DNA of 64,000 nt from an uncultured Candidatus Actinomarina sp. (GTDB taxonomy: Bacteria; Actinomycetota; Acidimicrobiia; Actinomarinales; Actinomarinaceae): NCBI GenBank assembly GCA_902521955.1, contig CABYTP010000001.1, positions 18,097-82,096 on the forward strand, written 5' to 3'. The notes beneath the pieces are model-generated. The model worked only from the letters and a program-made list of their open reading frames with translations, was not told the DNA's origin and searched no databases. This document shows, in pieces, positions 38,677-50,093 of the stretch; the first letter of the stretch is position 1, and each line of letters begins with the position of its first letter. The position numbers were made by a program, and so were the translations under genes.

Positions 38677-40346
38677 ATCTATTTAAACTAAAGAGCTTAT
38701 TACTTTTTTCTTTGATAGCTACATTAGTCATGGGCTCTTCATTTGTATTTATATCTACAGTACATGATTTACAATTTACAAACTCTGAGTACTTTAAAGA
38801 TCAAGCACTTTCTTATAGAGTTAAATCAAATAAACTTAAAGCATCCAGAGGGAATATCTATGACACAAATTTAAATGTTGTTGCATCAAGTTCCAGATCA
38901 TTCAATATTGGTATATTTCCAAATCAAATAAATAATGTTGATGAAGTAGCAACAGCTATTAGTGTGATTTTAAATATAGATCAAGAAAAAATTATTGAAA
39001 GAATTGTTTCAACTGACAGTTTTTTTTACCTAAAAAGAAATATTGAATTTAATGCGGGTGAAGAAATCAAGAGTTGGAATCTTGATGGAGTTGTTTTAGA
39101 GCCTTCATACAAGAGACATGTTCATTCAGAATCGTTAAAAAAAATAATTGGAATAGTTGACCCAGACGAAAATGGCATAGAGGGAATTGAGTATTATTTT
39201 AATTCAAATTTAGAAGGTACAGATGGAGAAATAAAGTATGAGGCATCTCCAAATGGAAAAATGATTCCACAAGCTGAAGTTAAGACCATTCAGCCAATTC
39301 ATGGTAAAGATCTTATATTAACAATAGATTCTGATTTGCAGTATCTAAGTGAAAGCTTGTGTGAAGATGCGTTAATAAGAACAGAAGCCCTAAATTGTTC
39401 AATAGTATTTTCCTATGCAAATAGTGGGGAAATACTAATTGCTGCAGAAAAGCAGAGTCAAAATATACAAAGTTACGATATAGATTTAATTAGCTTAAGA
39501 GCTATATATGAACCTGGTTCATCTTTGAAAATCTTCTCTATCGGTGCAGGAATTGAGTACGGCTTAATTGATGAAAATACAAGATTTGTTGTAAACGATT
39601 TCATTGAAGTTATTGAAGGATCCTGTGCTAGGAACTATGAAGGATATAAAGCTTGTTATAGAGACTTCTTAAATCACGAACCGTATGAGTTAAGCGTTAT
39701 GGAAATTATCGAAAGATCATCAAATGTTGGAACTATTCTTGCAACTCAAAATTTAAATATTGATTATTTGGAAGAATATTTAATGAAGTTTGGATTTGGC
39801 AAGCCTACAGGGGTAGAGCTAACTGGTGAGCTGTCAGGTGGATTTAGAGATTATAAAACCTGTGCAACATGCCTAAGCTCATTATCTATAGGCTATTCAG
39901 TAAACGTTACACAACTTCAAATGATTAAAGCATACAGTATTATTGCTAATGGTGGAAGAGATATAAATCTATCAATGGTAAAAAAAGAAAATAATAGTTT
40001 AAGTAATGAACAAATCATAAGTTATGAATCTGCAAATAGATTAAAAAAATTATTGATCAATGTTGTAGATGGTGAAAACGGAACTGGTAGGTCACTACAA
40101 CTTGAAAATTATATTATTGGAGGAAAGACGGGGACCAGTAAGACCCACATTGAAGGTGTGGGTTATTCTGATTTTAGATACAACACATCTTTTACAGGCT
40201 TTATTGAAACATCTAAAGGACCTGTGGTGGGATCAGTTATTTTATGGGGTGCATCAGTAAATCCAAGATCAGAATATGTGACAGGTGGTTCTACTGCAGC
40301 ACCATTATTTAAGAATATTGTAAGTAATTTAGTTCCAGGTGAATAA
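38673..40346 (+). CDS. ftsI: Penicillin-binding protein FtsI-type transpeptidase
   Basis: N-terminal TM segment and transpeptidase motifs SSLK (SxxK), SSN (SxN) and KTGTS (KTG). Confidence 0.85.
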   Translation: MNLFKLKSLLLFSLIATLVMGSSFVFISTVHDLQFTNSEYFKDQALSYRVKSNKLKASRGNIYDTNLNVVASSSRSFNIGIFPNQINNVDEVATAISVILNIDQEKIIERIVSTDSFFYLKRNIEFNAGEEIKSWNLDGVVLEPSYKRHVHSESLKKIIGIVDPDENGIEGIEYYFNSNLEGTDGEIKYEASPNGKMIPQAEVKTIQPIHGKDLILTIDSDLQYLSESLCEDALIRTEALNCSIVFSYANSGEILIAAEKQSQNIQSYDIDLISLRAIYEPGSSLKIFSIGAGIEYGLIDENTRFVVNDFIEVIEGSCARNYEGYKACYRDFLNHEPYELSVMEIIERSSNVGTILATQNLNIDYLEEYLMKFGFGKPTGVELTGELSGGFRDYKTCATCLSSLSIGYSVNVTQLQMIKAYSIIANGGRDINLSMVKKENNSLSNEQIISYESANRLKKLLINVVDGENGTGRSLQLENYIIGGKTGTSKTHIEGVGYSDFRYNTSFTGFIETSKGPVVGSVILWGASVNPRSEYVTGGSTAAPLFKNIVSNLVPGE

Positions 40347-41743
40347 TGAACAATAATTTAACTTTTGACCACTACGTTACATTAAATTTAGACTTTTCGA
40401 AAATAGTAAACTCCACTTTAGATATTGAAAAAGATTCAATATTATGTATTGACCTAAATAATATTGAAAAATTAGATTCTTTAATTTTAGAAGGATTAAA
40501 AAAAGGTTCAAAACTTGTACTAACAAGTACCAACTCAACAATCGAAAATAAAAATGTTTATAGATATAAAAATTTTGATGAAGTTTTTAATGATATTCTA
40601 GAAAATTTATGCCCTGGTTATAAATCAAAAAATTATTTTGGGATAACTGGTACAAATGGTAAAACAACTACAGGTTATCTACTAAAGCAATTAATTGGAA
40701 GTCCGTCAGAATTTGTTGGAACTGTTGATGAAGAAAATTATTTCAATTTTACAAAAGAAGAACACTTAACAACACCTAAACTTTTTAATTTAGTAAAACT
40801 CGTTTCAAACTTTAATAGTGATGTTGATTCAATTATTCTTGAGGTGTCATCTCATGCTATTAAGCAAGAGAGACTAAAAGATATAAATTTTGTTATTTCA
40901 GGATTTACGAACCTTAGTCAAGACCATCTAGATTATCACATCAATATGGATGAGTACTTAATGACAAAATCAAAATTATTTAACGAAGATATTTCAAATA
41001 AATTTTTATTTGTTGACACAGAATATGGTCAAAAAATTAATTTAATACAAAATTCTCGTGGAAAGTCAGTTGGTAATGAGTCATCAAATGATATTGAATT
41101 TCTAAGCTACAAAGATGAAATAATTAGTTTTAAAATTGATGGAATAACAATTAAAGAGAAACTTACAATAACTGGACCCGAGTCAGTTTACAATTTCCTC
41201 CTTGCATTTGGTATGGCATATTATTCTGAATTGTATGATCTTGAAAGTCTTAAAAGCAACATAAAAACTCTCAAAAATCCTCCAGGACGCTTCCAAGAAT
41301 TAGGTATTGATGAAAAATCTATCATTGTTGATTATTCACACACGCCTGATGCAATTGAAAAAGTTATTTGCTACACAAAAGAACTTTATCAAAATGAGAT
41401 AATTGTAGTTTTTGGCGCAGGTGGGAATAGAGATAAATCAAAGCGAAAATTGATGGGAGAGGCTTCTCAATTTGCAAATAAAATAATTATTACAAATGAT
41501 AATCCTAGAAATGAAAATCCAATGGAGATTGCAAAAGATATATTAGCTGGAATTGATTTACAAAAGGATGCAAAGATAATACTAGACAGAAGAGATGCTT
41601 TAGAAGAAGCTATAAGCTTCATTAATGAGAAAACTACTCTACTAGTATTAGGTAAAGGTCATGAAAAACATCAAGAAATAGGTGATAGAATAATGGATTT
41701 TGATGATGCAGTGGTGATTAAAGATATTTTAGGTAAAAGATGA
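40346..41743 (+). CDS. murE: UDP-N-acetylmuramoyl-L-alanyl-D-glutamate--2,6-diaminopimelate ligase
   Basis: GITGTNGKTTT P-loop, DYSHTPDA, and the DNPR motif (NDNPRNENP) characteristic of meso-DAP-adding MurE. Confidence 0.85.
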   Translation: MNNNLTFDHYVTLNLDFSKIVNSTLDIEKDSILCIDLNNIEKLDSLILEGLKKGSKLVLTSTNSTIENKNVYRYKNFDEVFNDILENLCPGYKSKNYFGITGTNGKTTTGYLLKQLIGSPSEFVGTVDEENYFNFTKEEHLTTPKLFNLVKLVSNFNSDVDSIILEVSSHAIKQERLKDINFVISGFTNLSQDHLDYHINMDEYLMTKSKLFNEDISNKFLFVDTEYGQKINLIQNSRGKSVGNESSNDIEFLSYKDEIISFKIDGITIKEKLTITGPESVYNFLLAFGMAYYSELYDLESLKSNIKTLKNPPGRFQELGIDEKSIIVDYSHTPDAIEKVICYTKELYQNEIIVVFGAGGNRDKSKRKLMGEASQFANKIIITNDNPRNENPMEIAKDILAGIDLQKDAKIILDRRDALEEAISFINEKTTLLVLGKGHEKHQEIGDRIMDFDDAVVIKDILGKR

Positions 41744-42798
41744 TTGGAATAATTGTATCAGGTGGTTTAAGTTTTCTATTTGTTATTGTATCCACTTTTT
41801 TAGGCGTAAAATTTTTTAAAAGTCGAAATATAGGACAAAATATTCAAGAAGAAGTTGTTTTTCATGAGCACAAAAAGGGAACTCCAACAATGGGTGGTAT
41901 TTTTGTAATACTTGGAACTATTTTTGGATTCCTTCTTTCCCATATAAACTTTTGGACTATTGGTAGAGGATTTGAAGTTGTTCTTAGAAATGTTAATACT
42001 GATGTACTGGGAATATTGATTATCTCAATATCAATGGGGTTAGTTGGGTTAATTGATGACTATTTAAAGGTTAAAGAAAGTAGGAATCTTGGACTTAAAG
42101 CTGGCCAAAAATTTGCACTACAGTTAATTGCTGGTTTAGCAGCATCTGCTTACATATTTAGCTTAGGTTATTCAACTAAATTCTATATATTTAGTGGATT
42201 CGGCATAGACATTGGAATTTTTAAGTGGGTAGTTATCGTTTTATTGATGGTGGGGATAACTAATGCTGTAAACCTAACAGATGGTTTAGATGGCTTAGTT
42301 GCAGGAAGTAGTTGCATTAGTTTTGCCGGAATTCTTGTTATATCTTTTTGGATCTATAGACATACTGGTTATTACAGTGAGTTTATTAATGAGTCATTTC
42401 TTACTGTTGATATTTCATTATTAATTTCATCAATTTCTGGTGCATGTCTTGGTTTCCTTTGGTGGAATACAAATCCAGCAAAAATAATTTTAGGCGATGT
42501 AGGCTCACATTTTATAGGTGCATTATTTCCGTTAATTCTGATTTCCTTGGGAGCTGAGGGATTAATTTTATTTTTCTGTTTCTTATTCCTAATGGAGGAA
42601 GCATCTGTAATTATCCAAGTAATTTCATTTAAATATAGAAAAAAAAGAGTATTCAAAATGGCACCAATACACCATCACTTTGAAATGTTGAACTGGGCTG
42701 AGACCACAATAATTGTAAGGTTTTGGATAATTAATGGGATATTTGTAGTTTTAGGTTTAGGTCTATTCTATGCCGATTGGGTATTGTTTGGAAGTTAA
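41740..42798 (+). CDS. mraY: Phospho-N-acetylmuramoyl-pentapeptide transferase
   Basis: Polytopic, with TPTMGG and NAVNLTDGLDG motifs. It directly follows murE with a 4-nt overlap and no murF between them. Confidence 0.9.
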   Translation: MIGIIVSGGLSFLFVIVSTFLGVKFFKSRNIGQNIQEEVVFHEHKKGTPTMGGIFVILGTIFGFLLSHINFWTIGRGFEVVLRNVNTDVLGILIISISMGLVGLIDDYLKVKESRNLGLKAGQKFALQLIAGLAASAYIFSLGYSTKFYIFSGFGIDIGIFKWVVIVLLMVGITNAVNLTDGLDGLVAGSSCISFAGILVISFWIYRHTGYYSEFINESFLTVDISLLISSISGACLGFLWWNTNPAKIILGDVGSHFIGALFPLILISLGAEGLILFFCFLFLMEEASVIIQVISFKYRKKRVFKMAPIHHHFEMLNWAETTIIVRFWIINGIFVVLGLGLFYADWVLFGS

Positions 42799-44001
42799 GT
42801 GAATAAACTAATTTATGGATATGGGGTTACAGGAAAGTCTGTTGAAGCATTTTTTATTAAGAAAAATATTCCATATAAAATATTTGATGAAAACTTAAAT
42901 GAGAATTATGACAACAAGATTGTTAAAGATGAATTACTTAAAGAAAATTTTGATGAAGTAATTTTGTCTCCTGGAATTCAAGAAAATAATGATACATTAG
43001 ATCTCCTCAGAAAAAAAAATCTCAGTGTAATTACTGATATTGACTTGTTTGATAAATATCACAAACAAAAATCAAAGATAATAGGTGTAACTGGCACAAA
43101 TGGAAAGACAACATTTGTAAAGCTTCTGAATGATTTTCTTGATTTAGAGGGATTCAAAACTAATGCCTGTGGAAACATTGGTGAATCTCCATTAAAAATT
43201 GTTGATGATGACTATGACTATATAATTATAGAATTATCAAGTTACCAGTTGCATCACACAAAGAGTGTACGATTGGATTACGGAATTCTTTTAAATATTG
43301 CAAGTGATCACTTAGATTGGCATGGTTCTTTAGAAGGCTATATAGAAGCAAAAAGTAAAATATTTAATTTTGTTGATAAAGAAAATGTAATTTTTTATGA
43401 CAATATATTTAGTAATAAGAATTCTAGAAAACCACATGTAAGCAAAATTAATTTAGAAAAATTTAATTTGGATGAAATAAGCCTTCCTGCAGAGTTGAGT
43501 AGGAGCTTTTTAGATATGATAAATTTTTTAAATTTTGATAGGGAAAATACTGTTGAAAGAGGATATGAATACCTAAAGAGAATTAACCCTATTGAACATA
43601 GGTTTGAAAACATATCCTTTAATGATGAAGTTATTTACATAAATGACTCAAAAGCTACAAATTTTCATGCTGTTTCAAGTGCAATTAGTAGAGTAAAAAA
43701 TGCAATTCTTATTCTTCATGGGCTAACTAAAAATATGCCATCCAGTGAGCTTAAATTAACTAAAAATATTAAGAAGATAATCAAGCCAAAAGATATGAAA
43801 TTAGATTTAGGAAATTATGGGGGAGTTCTTATTGAAATTGATTCAATATATGATTTAAAAAATGTTTTACTAAAAGAAATAGAAAAAGGGGATACGGTTT
43901 TATTCTCATGCGGAGGATCTAGTTTTAATGATTTTAACAACTATGAAGATCGAGGGCACTACTTTAAAAAGATAGTGGATGAATTTAAAAATGAAAATTA
44001 A
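42799..44001 (+). CDS. murD: UDP-N-acetylmuramoylalanine--D-glutamate ligase
   Basis: GYGVTGKS N-terminal motif and the Mur ligase P-loop GVTGTNGKTT. Confidence 0.85.
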   Translation: MNKLIYGYGVTGKSVEAFFIKKNIPYKIFDENLNENYDNKIVKDELLKENFDEVILSPGIQENNDTLDLLRKKNLSVITDIDLFDKYHKQKSKIIGVTGTNGKTTFVKLLNDFLDLEGFKTNACGNIGESPLKIVDDDYDYIIIELSSYQLHHTKSVRLDYGILLNIASDHLDWHGSLEGYIEAKSKIFNFVDKENVIFYDNIFSNKNSRKPHVSKINLEKFNLDEISLPAELSRSFLDMINFLNFDRENTVERGYEYLKRINPIEHRFENISFNDEVIYINDSKATNFHAVSSAISRVKNAILILHGLTKNMPSSELKLTKNIKKIIKPKDMKLDLGNYGGVLIEIDSIYDLKNVLLKEIEKGDTVLFSCGGSSFNDFNNYEDRGHYFKKIVDEFKNEN

Positions 44002-45094
44002 ATTATATTTCGATCAATATTTACTAAAAATAAATCTAATTTTTGTAACCCTTCTAGTTACATTTGGAATATTTTTAGTCTCTTCAGCAACTGCAGTTGA
44101 GTCCCAAAGAATTTACGAGGATAGTTTTTATATGATTAGAAATCATTTGCTTGCTTTAGTTATCGGTATTGTTACTGGATTTTTGATTACAAAAATTGAC
44201 TATAAAAATATCACAAATATATCTAATTATTTAATTATTTTTATGACTCTAATTTTGTTCTTTTTACTCACTTATGGTGAGAATGTTTTTGGAAGCACTA
44301 GATGGCTTGATTTAGGTTTTGTTAGGCTTCAGCCAAGCGAAATTGCTAAACCGATTATTATAATTTGGGTTGCTGATCAATTATCTAAGGTTGAATTAGA
44401 CGGAAATAATATCCAAACGATATGGAGAACATCATTTATGCCCGGAATAGCAATTATTCTAATATTCCTCCAACCAGATTTTGGTACTGCAGCAACACTT
44501 GCTTTTATTGTTTTTATGCAACTATTGTTTTCTAGAGTTAAATTCATTTATCCAGCTTTACTTTCTATAGTGGCTTGGTTTACAGGTAAGTATTTTCTTT
44601 CTTCTGAAATATACAGAGCAGAACGTTTACGTGTTTGGAGTGAGGGAATATGTGATCAAGGGTTAGAGCTCTTAGGTAGCTGTTTCCAAGTTCATCAAAG
44701 CAGGATTGCAATTAGTTCAGGTGGAATGTTTGGTTTAGGCCCGGGTACATCAAGAGCAAGATGGGGTTCCTTACCCAGTGCTTATTCTGACTTTATTTCC
44801 GCTATAATTGGCGAAGAGTACGGATTTGTGGGATATATTGTATTTGTGTTTATTTTATCTGTGTCTATTATCTCTTTTTTCTTGATAGCAATACGTCAAA
44901 AAAATGAATTTAAAAGAATATTCACTGTTGGATTAGGTGCTTGGATATTATTTCAATCAATATTGAATCTAGGTGCATCCGTATATCTACTGCCGATTAC
45001 AGGAATAGTCTTACCTTTTGTCTCTTATGGTGGATCAGCTATGGTATCAATTTTTATTGCTTTAGGGATAATGCACAGTAGTGGTTATGAGTAA
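43979..45094 (+). CDS. ftsW: SEDS-family peptidoglycan polymerase FtsW
   Basis: Ten-TM SEDS architecture. Positioned between murD and murG within the dcw cluster. Confidence 0.8.
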   Translation: MNLKMKIKLYFDQYLLKINLIFVTLLVTFGIFLVSSATAVESQRIYEDSFYMIRNHLLALVIGIVTGFLITKIDYKNITNISNYLIIFMTLILFFLLTYGENVFGSTRWLDLGFVRLQPSEIAKPIIIIWVADQLSKVELDGNNIQTIWRTSFMPGIAIILIFLQPDFGTAATLAFIVFMQLLFSRVKFIYPALLSIVAWFTGKYFLSSEIYRAERLRVWSEGICDQGLELLGSCFQVHQSRIAISSGGMFGLGPGTSRARWGSLPSAYSDFISAIIGEEYGFVGYIVFVFILSVSIISFFLIAIRQKNEFKRIFTVGLGAWILFQSILNLGASVYLLPITGIVLPFVSYGGSAMVSIFIALGIMHSSGYE

Positions 45095-46094
45095 AGCAGT
45101 ATTTTTCTGTGTTGGTACTGGTGGACATGTCCTTCCAGTATTGAATATTGTTAAAACTATTTCCAAAAAGGGAATAAATGAATCTGACATTTTGGTAATA
45201 ACTGACAAAAGGGGAGAGAAGTATTTTAGCGAAAGTTCCCTTGAAATAATAACATATCCATTTGTTTCATCAACAAAAGGTATATTGGGTTATTTTTTTA
45301 AGATGTTCAAAATTGTAATATCAGTTTTTGTTATTTTTAAAAGACTTAGAAAACTAAATATTAGTTTTATATTTACAACTGGAGCATACATCGCACCTGT
45401 GGCAGCAGTATTATCAGTGATGCTAAAAACAAAATTTTATATCCAAGAACAAAATATATTTGCAGGATTGGGAAATAAAGTTTCTGCCTTTTGTGCAGAC
45501 AGTGTTTTTACTTCATTTCCTAACACAGAAAATATTTCACAAAAAAATATAGATTTTTCAGGACCAGTTTTGAACCTAGATGTTGCAAAGATTAGAGATA
45601 ATACTAATTCCAGTTTTACAATAGGATTTCAAGGTGGCAGTCAAGGTTCAAAAGAAATTAATGATTTAGCAGTTAAGTTTGCTAATGACCCTATTTATGA
45701 AAATATTGAAATAATTCATATTGTTGGTAAATCTCATGATTCTTCAATTATTAAAAGAACAAACTATGTGTCGTATGATTTTATTGATAATATGGACAGT
45801 TATTATGATTCAATTGATATACAAGTTTCTCGCGCAGGTGGCGGATCACTAGAAGCTGCGTTTTTAAATATTCCACAACTACTTGTACCCTATAAACACG
45901 GTACAACTTCTCAGCACCAGTTGCTAAATGCTGAGTTCCTAGAAAAAAAAGGTGCTGCAAAAATTATTACATCCTATGAGGAGCTTAAAACAATGCTAAA
46001 TTCATATCTAGATGATAAGCTTTCTAAGTTAGAATTCAATATTAAAGCAGGAAACGACCACATAGGTGAAGTATTAATAAATGAAATCAATTAA
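45081..46094 (+). CDS. murG: UDP-GlcNAc:undecaprenyl-PP-MurNAc-pentapeptide GlcNAc transferase
   Basis: N-terminal GTGGHVLP motif and a GT28 fold. Confidence 0.85.
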   Translation: MVMSKAVFFCVGTGGHVLPVLNIVKTISKKGINESDILVITDKRGEKYFSESSLEIITYPFVSSTKGILGYFFKMFKIVISVFVIFKRLRKLNISFIFTTGAYIAPVAAVLSVMLKTKFYIQEQNIFAGLGNKVSAFCADSVFTSFPNTENISQKNIDFSGPVLNLDVAKIRDNTNSSFTIGFQGGSQGSKEINDLAVKFANDPIYENIEIIHIVGKSHDSSIIKRTNYVSYDFIDNMDSYYDSIDIQVSRAGGGSLEAAFLNIPQLLVPYKHGTTSQHQLLNAEFLEKKGAAKIITSYEELKTMLNSYLDDKLSKLEFNIKAGNDHIGEVLINEIN

Positions 46095-47394
46095 AAAATA
46101 CAAAGAAGTATACATACTAGGTATTGGTGGTTCAGGAATGAGTTCTATTGCTAAATATTTGAACCAAAGAGGATCAATTGTTAAAGGTTATGACCAACGA
46201 AGCTCATATGTCACTAATTTATTAGAAAATGATGGTGTTACAACGACTCAAGATATGAGTAATGAGAAATATAACAAAGATGTTTTATATATAGTTTCGA
46301 GTGCTTTAAAAATTGAAGAGACTTTTTTAAAACATTATGAATCTAAAGAAAATGTTATGAGTAGACCAACTTTTTTACATTTACTATCAAAAGAAGTTGA
46401 GATTATCGGAATAACAGGATCACATGGTAAAACTTCAACCACCGCCTTAGTAGCGCATATATTTCACTATAACAATATCAATGTTTCTTACATTTATGGC
46501 GGTGTCAGTAGTTTTGGAAATATAGGAGGTCATTTTGGTGATGAAAACCTTCCTTTAGTACTTGAAACTGATGAGGCATTTAACACTTTTGAACATATAG
46601 AGATAGAAAATTTATTAGTTACCAACATTGACAATGATCACTTAGACTATTTTGGAAGTTTTACAAATCTAGTTAAAGCGTTTACTCAAGTTATTAGCAA
46701 AGTAAAGAAAACTGTAGTAATAAATTATGATGATAACAATTTAAAGAAAATTAAAAATGACAATTTAATTACTTATGGAGAACATCAAGAAGCAGACATA
46801 AAGATCCAAGAACCAAATATTATAAGTTATAAGAAAAGTAATCATATTGTTAAATCTGTTTTATTAGGAAAGCACTATCTTTCGAATATGGCTGGTGCTA
46901 TTGCCCTCTGTACACTTTATGAACTATCTATTACAAAAATAATTGAAGCTATTTCTAAGTTCTCTGGAGTCAAGAGAAGGTTGGAATATATTGGCAATTA
47001 CAAAGATGTAAAGTTCTACGATGATTACGGACATCATCCAACAGAAATGAAAGCAACTATTTCTGCTTTAAAAAACAGTACACCTGGAAAGCTATTCGTA
47101 ATCTTTCAACCACATAGATTTACTCGAACCCGGGATAACTTTGAACAATTACAAGAAAGCCTTGAAGATGCAGATTTTGCAGTAGTCACGGATGTATACT
47201 CAGCAGGGGAAGATCCCATTCCTGGAATAAGTAGTAAAAATTTCAAAGGTAAAAATATTAAATATATAAAGTCACTTCGGTCTGTACCGATTTATATCAA
47301 GGATAATATAGCAAGTGGAGATAATGTTCTAACCCTAGGTGCAGGTGATGTTACATTATTAGGTCCACAGATACTAAAATATTTAAATGATTAA
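46081..47394 (+). CDS. murC: UDP-N-acetylmuramate--L-alanine ligase
   Basis: ILGIGGSGMSSIA N-terminal motif and the Mur ligase P-loop GITGSHGKTST. Confidence 0.85.
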   Translation: MKSIKKYKEVYILGIGGSGMSSIAKYLNQRGSIVKGYDQRSSYVTNLLENDGVTTTQDMSNEKYNKDVLYIVSSALKIEETFLKHYESKENVMSRPTFLHLLSKEVEIIGITGSHGKTSTTALVAHIFHYNNINVSYIYGGVSSFGNIGGHFGDENLPLVLETDEAFNTFEHIEIENLLVTNIDNDHLDYFGSFTNLVKAFTQVISKVKKTVVINYDDNNLKKIKNDNLITYGEHQEADIKIQEPNIISYKKSNHIVKSVLLGKHYLSNMAGAIALCTLYELSITKIIEAISKFSGVKRRLEYIGNYKDVKFYDDYGHHPTEMKATISALKNSTPGKLFVIFQPHRFTRTRDNFEQLQESLEDADFAVVTDVYSAGEDPIPGISSKNFKGKNIKYIKSLRSVPIYIKDNIASGDNVLTLGAGDVTLLGPQILKYLND

Positions 47395-48247
47395 GACTAC
47401 AACTGCCCTTAAAAAAAATACAACCTATCGTTTTGGTGGTATCTGTAATGATTTCTACACATTAAATGAAAAATCTGAAATAGATAAAATTCACAATCTA
47501 AATTTTGATAATGAGTACTTCATATTAGGCAAGGGTTCAAATGTAGTTTTTTCAGATAATAATTATGAAGGAATAGTAATCCAAAATAAAATGGAAAACA
47601 TAGATACAGTATTTACTAATGACTCAATTAATGTAGACGCAGGTGTTTACCTTCCAAACCTATCAAGATATTTAAAAGATTCTGATAGAACTGGAGGGGA
47701 ATACTTACTTGGAATACCCGGAACAGTCGGCGGTGCTATCAAAATGAATGCTGGTTGCTATGGATATGAGTTTATGGACTCTGTAAATTTTTTAACATAC
47801 TTTGACACTGTTGATAAAAAAATTAAAAATATTAATAGGAAAAATATCAAATATAGTTATAGAAATACAGAAATTAAGAATGCAATAATACTTTCAGCAA
47901 ACTTAAGTTTTATCAAAGAAGACCCAAAAAAGATAAATAATAAGATGATTGAATTCACTAAACATAGAAAAAATACACAACCTTCGGCTATATATAATGC
48001 TGGTAGTGTATTTAAAAACGGACCTAATTATTATGCAGCTGAACTAATTGAAAGAGCTGGATTAAAGGGTTATGAAATTGACGGAGTAAAAGTAAGTGAA
48101 AAACACTCTAATTTTTTTATAGCTTCAAAAAACGCCAAAGCACTAGCTTTATATAAATTAGTAAAATATGTTAAAGAACAAGTGAAGCTTAACTATGACA
48201 TTGAGCTTAAAGAAGAAATCATCTTTATAGGTGAATTTGTTGATTAA
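47387..48247 (+). CDS. murB: UDP-N-acetylenolpyruvoylglucosamine reductase
   Basis: FAD-binding ILGKGSNVVFSD, with GAIKMNAGCYG in the substrate domain. Confidence 0.8.
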   Translation: MIKTTTALKKNTTYRFGGICNDFYTLNEKSEIDKIHNLNFDNEYFILGKGSNVVFSDNNYEGIVIQNKMENIDTVFTNDSINVDAGVYLPNLSRYLKDSDRTGGEYLLGIPGTVGGAIKMNAGCYGYEFMDSVNFLTYFDTVDKKIKNINRKNIKYSYRNTEIKNAIILSANLSFIKEDPKKINNKMIEFTKHRKNTQPSAIYNAGSVFKNGPNYYAAELIERAGLKGYEIDGVKVSEKHSNFFIASKNAKALALYKLVKYVKEQVKLNYDIELKEEIIFIGEFVD

Positions 48248-48935
48248 AGAGTATACGCAATTAGAACAAACTAGTTTTAAAACATTTTTAGGTTTTTCTT
48301 TCCTTATTTTTTTAGTTTTGCTTCCATCTTTCTACATATTTTCAAGTTACTACAGAGTTAAAGACATTGAAGTACAAAGCTCTTCCTATATTGATGAAAA
48401 CCTGTTTATCGAATTTTACAATATTTCTATTTGGTCTATAGGTGAAACTTCTTTTGAAAATATTTACACGTCTGATAGAACTATTGAAAAAATTGAGCTT
48501 ACAAAAAAACTTCCAGATCAACTACAAATAAAGATCACCCATTACCTACAAGTTGCTGAAATTACTGACTTAAGAGGTTCAGTTGTTACAAAAGGTGTTC
48601 TCTATAAAAATTTACTTTTTAAAGAGACTATTTTAGAAAATGATGTAGTTAATGTAACAATTACAAATGGTCCAGTGGACGATGGTTTTAATGGTGAAAT
48701 TGTATCTTTCGTTATGACTCTTCTAAATTTTAAAATAGATATTTCAGAAATTTCATTGGTGCATAATGGTAGTTACTTGAATGGGGTTTACAAAGGAATC
48801 GAAATCGACTTTCTTGAACCCATAGACTTGTCTACAAAAGCTTCAGCATTAGGAGAGTTGCTTGAGAACAGTTCTTGCACAGGGGAAGTTTCATTTATTT
48901 CAAGCAATTCATTTGTCACAGATTGTAATATATAA
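48231..48935 (+). CDS. ftsQ: FtsQ/DivIB-like cell division protein
   Basis: N-terminal TM segment followed by a POTRA-like extracytoplasmic region. It is the only gene between murB and ftsZ. Confidence 0.5.
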   Translation: MNLLIKEYTQLEQTSFKTFLGFSFLIFLVLLPSFYIFSSYYRVKDIEVQSSSYIDENLFIEFYNISIWSIGETSFENIYTSDRTIEKIELTKKLPDQLQIKITHYLQVAEITDLRGSVVTKGVLYKNLLFKETILENDVVNVTITNGPVDDGFNGEIVSFVMTLLNFKIDISEISLVHNGSYLNGVYKGIEIDFLEPIDLSTKASALGELLENSSCTGEVSFISSNSFVTDCNI

Positions 48936-49025
48936 ACCTAAACTATAGATATAGATAAAAATGTAAAAATTTATTGTTTTAAATCTACTTAGATGATAAT
49001 CTTGTTTCAACAAATGGAGTTTTAA

Positions 49026-50093
49026 ATGGCACAAAGAACAAAAAAAGTAAATCAAAAGGGAGTAAATTTAAATATGAGACCTAGAAATTATACAGCTGTG
49101 ATAAAAGTTGTAGGTGTTGGCGGTGGTGGCACAAACGCTGTAAACAGGATGATTAAAATGGGCATAAAAGGTGTCGATTTTATTGCTGCAAATACAGATG
49201 CACAAAGTTTGTTAGGTTCAAAAGCTGACGTCAAATTAGATTTAGGAAGAAAAACAACTAGGGGTCTTGGTGCAGGTGCTAATCCTGAAGTGGGAAGACA
49301 AGCTGCTCTTGATTCTGAGGAACTCATTAAAGAAGCATTAAAAGGTTCTGATATGGTTTTCATTACTGCTGGAGAAGGTGGAGGAACAGGAACTGGAGCC
49401 TCACCAGTAATTGCTGAGATTGCTCATGAACTTGGAGCATTAACTGTTGGAGTTGTAACTAGGCCATTCGGCTTCGAGGGAAGAAGAAGGTCTGTTCAAG
49501 CAGAAGAAGGGGTTCAAGCTTTAAGGGATGTGCTAGACACTTTGATTGTTATACCTAATGATCGCTTATTACAAATAAGCGATAAAGATATCAAAGTAAA
49601 TGAAGCGTATTTAAAGTCTGACGAAATTTTATCCAATGGTGTTAAAGGAATTTCAGGACTTATTACTCAACCAGGAGTTATTAACGTTGACTTTGCAGAT
49701 GTTAAGACAATTCTTAAAGATGCAGGCAACGCAGTATTGGGTATAGGTAGGTCAACTGGAGAGCAGAGAGCTCCTAATGCCGCACAAGCTGCAATATCAT
49801 CTCCTTTACTCGAAGCAAATATGGATGGAGCTGAAGGAGTATTAATTACTATTACTGGTTCAGAAGATCTAAAACTTCAAGAAGTTAATGAAGCAGCAAG
49901 AGTAATTACTGAAAGAGCTGATGATAATGCTGAAATTATCTTTGGACATACAGTTGACCCAACATTAGGTGATGCTGTTGAAGTTACAGTTGTTGCTGCT
50001 GGTTTTGGCCCAAGACCTAATAGAAGAATTAAGTCTGATTCTGAGATAAATGAAAACGGAGGTGACGGTCTTCCTGATTTTATAAAAGGATGA
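49026..50093 (+). CDS. ftsZ: Cell division GTPase FtsZ
   Basis: Tubulin signature [12 protein letters not shown] and the T7 loop NVDFADV. An alternative start at ATG 49074 ([12 protein letters not shown]) matches the conserved N-terminus better. Confidence 0.9.
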   Translation: MAQRTKKVNQKGVNLNMRPRNYTAVIKVVGVGGGGTNAVNRMIKMGIKGVDFIAANTDAQSLLGSKADVKLDLGRKTTRGLGAGANPEVGRQAALDSEELIKEALKGSDMVFITAGEGGGTGTGASPVIAEIAHELGALTVGVVTRPFGFEGRRRSVQAEEGVQALRDVLDTLIVIPNDRLLQISDKDIKVNEAYLKSDEILSNGVKGISGLITQPGVINVDFADVKTILKDAGNAVLGIGRSTGEQRAPNAAQAAISSPLLEANMDGAEGVLITITGSEDLKLQEVNEAARVITERADDNAEIIFGHTVDPTLGDAVEVTVVAAGFGPRPNRRIKSDSEINENGGDGLPDFIKG

